Below the pieces are notes generated by a model, which saw only the letters and a list, made by a program, of their open reading frames with translations, was not told the origin of the DNA and made no database searches. Position numbers and translations under genes: made by a program. A stretch of 64,000 nucleotides of DNA from Somniosus microcephalus (Eukaryota): positions 79,484,001-79,548,000 of the forward strand of contig CM126218.1 in NCBI GenBank assembly GCA_052327205.1, read 5' to 3'. Shown here in pieces: positions 40,871-51,883 of the stretch; within the stretch, counting starts at the first letter, position 1; each line of letters starts with the position of its first letter.

Positions 40871-41345
40871 GTGTCAGCAGTGGCTCACTGGGTAACACTC
40901 TCTCGCCTCTGAGTCAAAAGGTCGTGGGTTCAAGTCCCACTCCAAGAAACTTGATTGCAAAAATCTAGGCTAACACTCCAGTGCTGTGCTGAGGGAGTGC
41001 TCCACTGTCCGAGGAGCCGTCTTTCGGATGCGACGTTAAACGAGGGCCCCGTCTGCTCTCTCGGCTGGACATAAAAGATCCCACGGCACTATTTTGAAGA
41101 AGAGCGGGGGAGTTCTCCCCGGTGTCCTGGGCCAATATTTATCCCTCAAACAACATCATCAAAACAGATTATCCGGTCATTATCACATTGCTGTTTGTGG
41201 GAGCTTGCTGTGCGCAAATTGGTTGCCGCATTTCCTGCATTACAACAGTGACTACACTCCAAAAGTACTTCATTGGCTATAAAGCACTTTGGGACGTCTG
41301 GTGGTCGTGAAAGTCGCTATAGAAATGCAAGTCTTTCCTTTTCTT
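40871..41345 (+). mobile_element. SacSINE1-like SINE
   Basis: Full-length copy of the same family. Confidence 0.85.
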
Positions 41346-41824
41346 TTTAAAATCCTACAAGGGCCCAATTCACTTACCATGTAACTAAATGAATGACACT
41401 CCTATTACACTGGAGCTACAATTCAATACTTGTGAAAGCCTGAGAGTTTATTTTTCATTGTTTACTTATAAGCAATCTGAGGGATGAAGAGGAAGCAGTG
41501 TCTCCGGTTTTAAGATCTCAAGGTGCACAAGGACGATGAAGGCCATTCAGCTCATCTTAAATCCATCCAAAAAATCCCTATGGACCACCATTCAACCATT
41601 TCTTAATTGAATTCAAGGTTTTCATCTCTACTGCCATACTTAGATCGCCACTTAATCATTCTTTGTGAGAAGAGCATCTTGACTTTAGTTGTAAATTTGC
41701 CTTTTACTAGTTTGAGCCTGTGTCCCCTCGTCCTACTCTCCCAGTTTGGTTTGAAACTATGTCCTGGGTCTTCCTGTTCCATACCATTTACTTTCTTCGT
41801 ACTTACCAACCTAGAAAACTAGTA

Positions 41825-42315
41825 GAAACATAGAAACATAGAAGATAGGAGCAGGAGTAGGCCATTCGGCCCCTCGAGCCTGCTCCACCATTCAATGCGA
41901 TCATGGCTGATCATCCAAATTCAGTACCCGGTCTCTGCTTTCTCCCCATATCCCTTGATCCCTTTAGCCTTAAGAAATATATCCAACTCCTTCTTGAATA
42001 TATTTAATGAATTGGCCTCTACGGCCCTCTGTGGTAGAGAATTCCACAGGTTCACCACTCTCTGGGTGAAGAAATTCCTCCTCATTTCTGTCCTAAATGG
42101 CTTACCCCTTATCCTTAGACTGTGACCCCTGGTTCTGGACTCCCCGACCATCGGGAACATCCTCCCTGCATCTAGTCTGTCTAGTCCTGTCAGAATTTTA
42201 GAAGTTTCAATGAGATCCCCTCTCATTCTTCTAAACTCCAACGAGTACAAGCCCAATCGTCCCAATCTCTCCTCATACGTCATTCCTGCCATCCCAGGTA
42301 TCAGCCTGGTGAAGC
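41825..42315 (-). mobile_element. CR1 LINE 3' fragment
   Basis: FTRLIPGM...RRMRGDLIE...WNSLP; TTTCTATG tail. Confidence 0.88.
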
Positions 42316-44311
42316 TGGCATAGGCCCATCCCCCCGCACCCCCCCCCACCCAAAAAATGATCGGAATAGCCCATGACATGTGAAAGGAAGTAATTGCACT
42401 GAAAGTGCAGCGGGACACGAGGTGGTAACTTAAGCTGGCAGTGAACCCAATAGGACGGATTCCCCAATCAGGCTCTCCCGATGAGCAGTGGCTCTTGCGG
42501 GTCCATGATTTCCCGACCAGTGTTCCCTGCGATCACGTGAACAGTCACGGGCCACGTGCGCCCGCACCCTGCGCATCCGTTTCCGGGTGCGATCAAAGTT
42601 CTAGGCCACAGCGCCAAATACCTTAGACCAAGATTACTTGGCTTCAAAGCTGCACGAGCAGCAATGTTGTAAAGAATGCTGAAGGCGCCCATCTGCACTG
42701 CCATCTCGGAGGTTACCAATTGGCCCCTTTATTTACAAACAGGAATGCTTGTTTTTTTTAAAATTCCTCTTGGCTATAGGGGCTTTATAAACACAACGAG
42801 GGTGAAAGAATGACTAAAGTTCAAAGTGAGGGTAGGGTGTGTGTTTTCTCTTTTTGCAAAAGGCAGCATTAGCTTCTACCTTCAATCGTCGGAGACATAC
42901 ATTCAGCTAATTGTCAACAGGCCAAGCGTTGGGTGAGGGGCAGTCGGAGCTACTCGTGTCCACACTGGGGCCCAGTAGAGACAGTGTGGCAGTTTATCAA
43001 TCTGCAGATAATGGCAATCAAATCAGGTCGATCCTGACAACCCGCAGAACAAATAATTAACCAACAAAATAAAAACGTGCTCATTTGAAATTGCTCTTCT
43101 GGGTCGTAATACCGAAACCCTTTCTGGGTTTGCAATAGAAATAAAAGAAAGGAAACTTGCGTTTATATAGTGCCTTTCATGACCTCAGGACCTCACCAAA
43201 GCGCTTCATAGCCAATGAAGTACTTTTGAAGTGTAGTCACCGTTGTAATGTAGGGAAAATCCCACAGGACTTACAAGTTGCCCTACAAATATCCCATTAA
43301 ATCCTATTAAACTTGATTGAACAACAACAGATAGATTTATTAGAAAACTTGCACTTATATGGATAGATAGATTTCTAGACACAAAAGGCATCAAGGGGTA
43401 TGGGGAGAGAGCGGGAATATGGTATTGAGATAGCGGATCAGCCATGATCATATTGAATGGTGGAGCAGGCTCGAAGGGCCGAATGGCCGACTCCTGCTCC
43501 TATTTTTCTATGTTTCTTCTATGTTTCTAACAGATCATTTTAAATTTGAACTACAGAATGTTATAGGTCATTGCAAGACCTTATAATAACCCTGTATGAT
43601 CCAACTGATTGCCCCATTCAGGTACCCTACAACTTAATGTAAAGTGCTGGTTGCTATTTCTTGAACTTTACCTATCCTCCTCATCCTCAAACTCCCCCCG
43701 CCCCCCCCATCATGAATTTCTGTCTTTGCATTCTAAGCGAGCGCTTACAGAAAGAAGAAATTCCAATTTAGCGTTTCTATCTGGAATTAATGCCGTTCTC
43801 ATTTTCCCGTGCCACGGTTTGTTAATATTCCACATGGTCCCATACTCCGGGAATAATGTGCAGCTTAATCTATGAACAAGGTGCAATCATGCTCAGCAGA
43901 GTATAACAGTTATTAGGACGGAGATTAAATAAAAATAATTAGAAAAAGTTAGTTGAGTTTTGATGTATTAATTATTCTGGACTGCTTTATTCCTAAGACT
44001 AATTATCTGCTTCACTGCAACTGCCAAGCTTTCTCCATCTCAAAATTACATTGAAATAATTATGTTCCCAATTTGAAAGAAAACTAGAATATACTAACTG
44101 CGCAGAACATTCGTACAGGCCCTATACTGTCGGTACAATCAGCATTCTCCTGAACTTCACATTGTAAGTAATTTATTTCAATATTAATTGTGATTGCGTT
44201 GAAGATTTGAATGTTTTGGTCAGCTCTGAAGCTTCTTTTGCCCCCTTAACCATCAGGAGAATTACTGACGTCGACTCCATGTTTGTGCCTCTCTTCATAA
44301 AGTTGGCATTT

Positions 44312-44680
44312 TTCCCCTGGCTGGAGAGTCTAGAACTAGCGGGGGGGTGGTGGGGGGCAGTGGGGGGCGGGGGGGGGGGGGCCGCACACAGTCTCAGGGT
44401 AAGGGGTCGGCCATTTAAGACTGAGATGAGGAGGAATTTCTTCACTCAGAGGGTTGTGAATCTTTGGAATTCTCTGCCCCAGAGGGCTGTGGAGGCTGAG
44501 TCGTTGAGTATATTCAAGGCTGAGATCAATAGATTTTTGGACTCTAGGGGAATCAAGGGATATGGAGATCGGGCGGGAAAGTGGAGTTGAGGTCGAAGAT
44601 CAGCTATGATCTCCTTGAATGGCGGAGCAGGCTCGAGGGGCCGTATGGCCGGCTCCTGCTCCTAATTCTTATGTTCTTAT
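44312..44680 (+). mobile_element. CR1 LINE 3' fragment
   Basis: FKTEMRRNFFTQRVVNLWNSLP; TTCTTATG tail. Confidence 0.85.
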
Positions 44681-47268
44681 GATTTCAGCCAAATCCTCGG
44701 TGTGAGAGTTTCAGCCACGTGCCGTATATTTAAGGCACCGCCTTGCACCAAAAACACAAACATGACTAGAAACGGCCAGCTGCAACTGTCCGTGATTCAT
44801 TAGGCACTGGCCGTTTAATCTTAGCCAAGTGATTTGGGGTAGGAAAGGGAAGAGAGAAAATTAGAGGCTGAATCAATCCCGACCTTTCAGAGATACCTTC
44901 CGGTGCCTGCTTGCAAAGGCAAAGGCTAGGGAGTGGGTCACTTGACTGCCAAGCTTCGGAAATGGTGTTAAATGAAGGGACATAAGACAAGAACGCAAAG
45001 CTCACCCCTTTAGTGCTAACCCCCCATTATAACATTGAGCTGCATTGTGTCTGTCCCTATTATTTGTGCTTCTATCATCTCACCCAGCAGATTATTCCAA
45101 ACATTTACTGCTCTTTAAGTATATAAGTTCTTCCAGATCTCTATTTTAAATATGCTTCTCACCACTGTAAGTTTATGTCCTTTGGTCCCACTTTCCTTTC
45201 CTTGTATTTTGGACTTCAGCCTTGAAAGAATTTGGCAATCTTCCCCTCCCTTCCATGTACTGGCCATGATCTGCGCTGCTACAGTTTGAGGAGCTTTGCC
45301 ACCTGGACAGCTGAACCATTTTTATTTCCCCCCATGACCCGTGTGGGCGCAGACCACTAACACCTAACCCTCAATCACTTTGGCCTCTTCAGCCTCTATT
45401 ATACATGGTTGCTCAGCCACTGGCCAGGGACTTTAGTCATCTGCTGCAACTAGTTCTAATGCATACTAGAATTACATTGAATTTACAGCACAGAAACAGG
45501 CCATTCGGCCCAACTGGTCTGTGCCAGTGTTTATGCTCCACACTTCTTCATCTAACTCTATCAGCATATCCTTCTGTTCCTTTCTCCCTCAGATGCTTAT
45601 CTCGCTTCCTCTTAAATGCATCTATACTATTCACCTCAACTACTCCCTGTGGTAGTGAGTTCCACACTCTCACCACTCTCTGGGTAAAGAAGTTTCTTCT
45701 GAATTCCCTATTGGATTTATTAGTGACTATCTGATATTTATGGTCACATCTTCCCGTGATCCCGTCTTCATTTCACACCTTTATTGGTATTGTTGCTATC
45801 AGCACTGACTTCATTATTATGTGATTCTGTGATTAAAGTGTGTATAAGCAGGGCAGGGATAAGTTTGTGGTGGGAAAATTGGGTAGAAGCCATTTCCGCC
45901 CATTTTCCACCATGTAATCACTTACCCCGAACTCCCTCGTGCTTTTTGGCCGCGCCTGCGATCCGATCGCCCATCAAGTCCCGGGTGGAATTCATTTTAA
46001 TCACAGAATGGTTACAGCACAGAAGGAGGCCATTCGGCCCGTCAAGCCTGTGCCAAAATATATGCAAATGAGGGCCAATGGCAATGTAGTTCGCAGTTTC
46101 CTGGTTTTGCACTTGCAGTGCACTCGGGGTAACTTTGACTGACAATTATAAGGCACCGCTATTGCCAGGGTCAATCAATACAGGTGGATCCGAGGAGTCT
46201 CTGAGTCTGAAGAGTCTGGAGAGTTGGATTTATTGCCTCTGGGAAACACATTTTGGAGTAATTTCTTTCACCATATTCCTTATACAAATGTTGCTTCTTA
46301 TAGATTAAGATCACTGATAGGTTTTTACCCTCCCCCCAACCCCCTTGCTGTAGTGAGGCTTCTCGGGAGCAGGTGTGGCATTCTAGTATGCCATTAGGAT
46401 GGAGGAGGAGGAACTCATGGGTGGATTTCAGTCCGCCACCATCTCTCTCTACTTCATCATCCTCCTTGTCATCATTGTGACTGATCAGGGGCTAGTTAAT
46501 CTTCCCTTTTTCTCCTCCTCTACCTCCTTATCATCATCAGCTTCCTTTCCTGTGCTGTGCTAGATATGCAGGAAAGTACGGTACAAGCTAACAATTGGTG
46601 AGCACGGCTCCCTTGGGATTAAGGAGACCGAAGAAGGGGTGGAAGCTTGTACCCATGTGGTGCTTCACAGGGAAGCCAGGGTGATAGTGTAGGTATCCAC
46701 TAATGCTGGAGCCAGAAATATGCCACCAACTTTATCATCTCCCATGGCAAGAGCAGAGAGTCTCCCAATGTGTTCCGTGGCCTTCTCCTTGTAGGGTGTG
46801 TGGTGTTTAAAGTTGGAGAAACCCTCCGTGGTGGCCTGCCTCTGGTGGAAATTATGTGCCAATAGGCTGGAGTGGAGCATGGACCAGTTGGGCCGAATGA
46901 CCCGCTCCTGTGCTGTACATTCTATATAATTCTATGTAAATGGCCTTTCCTGAACACCAGCCACTGCAAATCTGCCGTTGGCATAACAACAGCACAATTT
47001 ACGATGTGGTCATTCACTTCCATTAAGTAAAAAGTCATAACAACTGGAAGAACAGCTTTAAAGTGGGCGAGAAGCTAACTTGCAATATGTTCAGATGGAT
47101 GTTAAAGATCCCATTCGGAGAGCGGAGAGATCTCCTGCTATCCTGGCCAATGTTCCTCCCCCACCCCACCCAAGCAACAACCCAAAAACAGCTTAGCTGG
47201 ACAATCATCTCATTGTGACTTGAGGGGTCTAGCTGGCGGCAAAATAGCTGCAACACCCATCTGTTTAG

Positions 47269-47840
47269 GTGTCAGCCATGGCTCAGTTGGTAGCACTCTC
47301 GCCTCTGAGTCAGAAGCTCATGGATTCAAGTCGCACTCCAGATATTCAGCAGTTCTGGTAAATAATCTAGAGAATGCTTACACACCTGAAAAGAGACATT
47401 GCACATTATGCTCAACGTTGCTGCCACAAAGTAGGGGGATTTGTAAATGTCAGCTATTCAATGGGTTCAAGTCGCACGCCAGAGACTTGAGCACACAATC
47501 CAGGCTGACACTCCAACGCAGTGCTGAGGGAGTGCTGCACTGTCGGAGGTGCCGTCTTTAGGATGAGACGTCAAACCGAGGCCCCGTCTGCCCTCTCGTG
47601 GACACATGGCACTATTTTGAAGAAGAGCAGGGGGCGTTATCCCCGGTGTCCTGGCCAATATTTATCCCTCAACCAGCATCACTAAAACAGATTATCTGGT
47701 CATTATCTCATTGGTGTTTGTGGGACCTTGCTGTGCGCAAATTGGCTTTCTTGGTTGTTTCTTCTTTCTTTCAAAACAATTCATTTATTGGAGTGCTTTA
47801 AAATGTTCCCATGAGATATGATGCGATGCGGAGTAAATAC
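47269..47840 (+). mobile_element. SacSINE1-like SINE with internal insertion
   Basis: Head B-box region duplicated around a ~115-bp foreign insert. Confidence 0.8.
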
Positions 47841-48929
47841 AAGTCTTTTTTTTGTTACATTTCTGATTTTGCTGTATAAATTCTATTGCCGCCCTCAATT
47901 GTACAGAATAATATCAAACACTGAAGAAGAACAAAGAAGTTTGGAAACCAGTAATAAAAACAGAAAATCATTCAGAATCTGCAAAAAGAAAAGACAGATT
48001 AACTTTTTGGATAGAAGCCCTTCACTGGGAATGTTTTGGTAAAGACTTTAATTTATCTTTTTCATTCAGGCACTATTTGACCTGCCGTGCATGTCCAATG
48101 TTTTCTGTTCTGAATGTCACACAACAATTACCACACGGGACTGCAGCGGTTCAAGAAGGTGGCTCACCACCACCTTCTCGAGGGTATTTAGGGATGGGCA
48201 ATAAATGCCGGCCTTGCCAACGACGTCCACATCCCAGGAACAAATTTAAAACAACAAATTCCACCAGCGGCGAGTATTTATTAGTTGAGGTGGTTACGAA
48301 CTGGGTGGTCCAGTCAGCTTTCAGTTGGGTTGTCTATGTCAAGTCATCTGGCAGCAGTGGAGAAATAAAGGGGAACATATATGTGTTGGGGGAGAATTGA
48401 ATGAATGTAGGATTGAAGAAGATAAGAAGTTCCATTATATTGAAAACTGGGAAACGATGAGTTGTCGTAGAGGCCAACGCAATGAATGGTAAAAAGCCTT
48501 AATTAGGCCAAAGTGAAAGTGCCTAGCTCCTTTAAATGCAATTTGGAATGATGGCCTCCATGTTTGAATATCTAACCATCAGTCACTGTCAGGGCATGTG
48601 CGTGAGGAGTGGCTGCTTGGGTAAGCTGCCATCACCCGTGGGTCCATATCCCAGTGATGGTCAATATTTTAACTACGGTCACCTACATTAAAACAATGAA
48701 TGCACCCCCGGCAACCGACCTCCACCGCCCCCCCAGCCCCGCCCCCCACCCTAGCTACTATTACTTCCCAACCCGTTTGCCCCCCCTTCTTCGCGTGCCT
48801 GAGAGCCACTGTAGCCCGCTCTTCAAACACGCTTCACCGGGGGAGCTGCCTCTTACACACTCCGCAGCTCGCCCACTTCTCAGAAGCGAGGCCTGAGGCC
48901 CAAAGTGAGGGGTGGGGGGGAGGGGGCGC

Positions 48930-49098
48930 TCGGGCCTCACTTTTTCTCCTTTTGTTCCATCGCAGCTTTGCCTTCGATCTATTTCCTTTTCTTTCCAGTT
49001 TTGAAGAAGGGTTTCGACCCGAAACGTCAACTCAAATTTCTCTCCACGGATGTTGCCTGACCTGCTGAGTTTTTCCAGCATTTTCGGTTGTTATTTCG
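48930..49098 (+). mobile_element. Penelope pLTR fragment
   Basis: Matches 2780-2935. Confidence 0.75.
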
Positions 49099-50574
49099 TT
49101 TATCCAGGCACAGGGAACTGACTCAGAAATGGGCGCGCCCGTATTTCTAGGCCCTCTGCCCACTTGCATTGTGTTGGCGCCCTCAATAATCCGAAGTGTG
49201 GAAAAAAGCTCACAGCGTAGCTAGCTCTGACAGAATGAGACGTAATTAGGGGAGATGATTTAGCGCAGTGTGACAAATCCTGCCACTTTCTGCACCTACC
49301 GCTGCTCAAGTACCACAATCTTGCATGAAAAGTCGCTCGCTGTACATTTAATCGTATGCAAATTAAAACAAAACCTAATTATCTTTATGCTAATAGGCCA
49401 TTTTAGGAAAAGACTTCTAAGGTAGCGTTTTTTTCTTTTCCACGGGCAATATAAGATGTGGATCAGACGGTCCTTGTTGTTGGTAAAATTTTAATGAAAC
49501 ATGGAATAAGTACATAAAACCACCGAGGGAATAAAAGCGGCCGTAGTGACTGGCCTTTTAATATATGATTTAGTATAAATACCAGATGAAGCAGGAAAGC
49601 CCACTGTACTGCATTCTTAGCTGTCGGCCGAGAGAAGAGAGAAACACTTTATCAGCTGCGAGAGCCGCCGTGCGAGGGAGGTTATATTTTGTTTTTCCGT
49701 CATGAATGATTTTTCAGGAGACGGGGCTGCGAGCTATCAATTACCCTCGCGAGCTCAGCCTCTGGTTCCCCCGGACCCACTTCCATCCAAACCCACCCCC
49801 ACCTCCCCCCGTGGCTCAGAGGTTCGGTGGTTGAGTTGAGACCTGGTCCCAGACCAGCCATAAATGTCTTAATGCGTTTGAGTGGAGGTGGGTCAGTTCT
49901 GAAGACAGCAGACACTTGGGCTTCAGTTTTTTTTCTCTCGCTTCTTTCCCTTTTGCTTACGGTTCAGCCACATTGCCGTTCAAAGAGGGCAGCCAGGATA
50001 GCCTGCATAAATATTACTCATTTCACCGTGACTCTTGTTATTAAATGAAAGCCACGCTGTTTTTACACGGTTGGGGAGTTTTGAATGTCCTGAATATTAG
50101 CTTTCAACTCTATAGATGATTAAAATGAACCTGTGGAGCAATAAGTGTGTACAGTGCCTGATAGTGTTGTGTCATCGGCTGTCATTTTAATTATGTATTA
50201 AATTATCTTTATAAATATTGCATAAAATTTATTACCTGACTGAGGCACTTCTGCAATGTTCCAATTCCAGGCCCCTGATTGTGTTTACTTTAATAGAAGT
50301 GTGCTCACCAAGTTTTGTTGGCCTTTGATCCCTGTTCTTTTATTTCAAGGTTTTTAAGCTAATTCAACAAAATTTACACGCTTTTCTAAGTTAGGACATT
50401 TTAGAGGCTCCTCGACACAGCACGTGCAATGAGAGAGTGCTACATTTCATTATTGAGAGTGTGCAGAGTCAGGGTCCCTCCATGTAACGGGAGGAACTCG
50501 GACCAAGCTTCTAATAATCCAGCAAATATTATAGGCCCAGAAATTCGGGTCAGAGGCTTCCCGCGGGTGCAAGC

Positions 50575-50828
50575 TGTAGTGTATGTATCCGTCTACCTTT
50601 AAGAAAACCATTGTATGTAACCGTTCACCTTTAAGAGAACTATTTTAGGTGTGGCACTACTTTGTTGGCTTCTGTATACTGTAATACCGACGGCGACCAC
50701 ACCGGTATATAAGTGCTGTGTCAGGATTTATTTGGCAGATTCGCCCTGACCTTCGAATAGTAAAGTCCTGTTTTAAGTTACTCTGGTAGTCTGTGTATTA
50801 ATTAACTAAACAACCCACAGACTTTACA
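50575..50828 (+). repeat. 5' LTR (254 bp)
   Basis: TGTAGT...ACTTTACA; TATATAA at 50706-50712; AGTAAA polyA-like signal; near-identical to 55882-56135. Confidence 0.96.
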
Positions 50829-50829
50829 G

Positions 50830-50839
50830 TGGCGACGAG
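50830..50839 (+). promoter_or_regulatory. Primer binding site, tRNA-Ser(GCU)-type
   Basis: TGGCGACGAG 1 nt after the 5' LTR; complementary to the recalled 3' end of vertebrate tRNA-Ser-GCT (...CTCGTCGCCA). Confidence 0.85.
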
Positions 50840-51883
50840 TCCGATCGTACCCTGCGGCAACAATACTTCCGAAGCAGTTAACGAGCGTCGAGAAGAGGCA
50901 ACCGCCCTCGTCGTTCTGCTGGGAGAAAACGCGAGGCTGCAGAACTAGAAAGGAAGAAGAAGTTAGAGACAAAGACTTCCATCAGCAACAGGCACTGACT
51001 GTCCCTTCTGCCACGGTGAGGAGTGAGCCGATCAGCACGAGAAGCAAGGCGGCCACGGTGACTGTGAGTAAGGGAAAGTAAAAAGAATAACCGGAGGATA
51101 AGGGCGGTGCACTCGACCACGGTCGAGGGGGAAAGGAGCCGGACAGAAGTCGGGTCCAGAGGCGCTGAGACTGGGGCAGCGTGGAGCAAGGAAGCCGCGG
51201 TACAGACAGGCTGGGGGACGCAACGGCGTCGTGAGACAGCTAGACCGCGACCGGCGAAAAAGGCCGGGCAGCGACCGAAGCCACGAAGCGCTGCGACCGG
51301 GAGCGTAGGTGCGGGAAGAGATAAACTCAGCCGCAGCCGGGGAGGGAAGCACCGGACTGCGAGAGGGCTGGGAGGCGCGATTGGGAGCCGAGTGAGCGGG
51401 AGAGGCAGAGCCGACCAAGGGGGAACTGAGCGAGAGCCAGTCCAGCGGCTGAAACTGTTCTCCGTCAACGGGGTGTACCCAGCGCCGGTAGAGCCGAGCG
51501 AGCGGGTGAGAGACAGAGCCCGAGCAAGGGGAACCGAGCGAGAGCCAGCCCAGCGGCTGAAATTGTTCACCGTCAACGGGGTGTACCCAGCGCCGGTTGC
51601 CCTGCCGAGAAAAGGGAAAGCCCTGAAGCCGACGCGCAGGCTGTGAACCTGAAAGCCAGCGGCCGTCGCCCGTGGGGAAAGTGTACCCCTCCCGCGAGGG
51701 AAGAAACGCGGGAAGCCGCCATTAGGCGGGGAAGAAGACAGAAGCGGGAAACCGCCATTGAAGTGGGCGGGGAGAGAAGATAAGCGCGGGAAACCGCCAT
51801 TTTCGCGGGAACCGCCATCTTGAAAAAAAAAATAAAGGAAAATTTAAAGAAATAATTCGTGGTGTTATCAGGAAGAGAGGAAG

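Noticed and set aside
50878-51646. Overlapping 232, 179 and 128-aa ORFs in the LTR leader
   Set aside because: GC-rich repeated leader with no recognisable domain.
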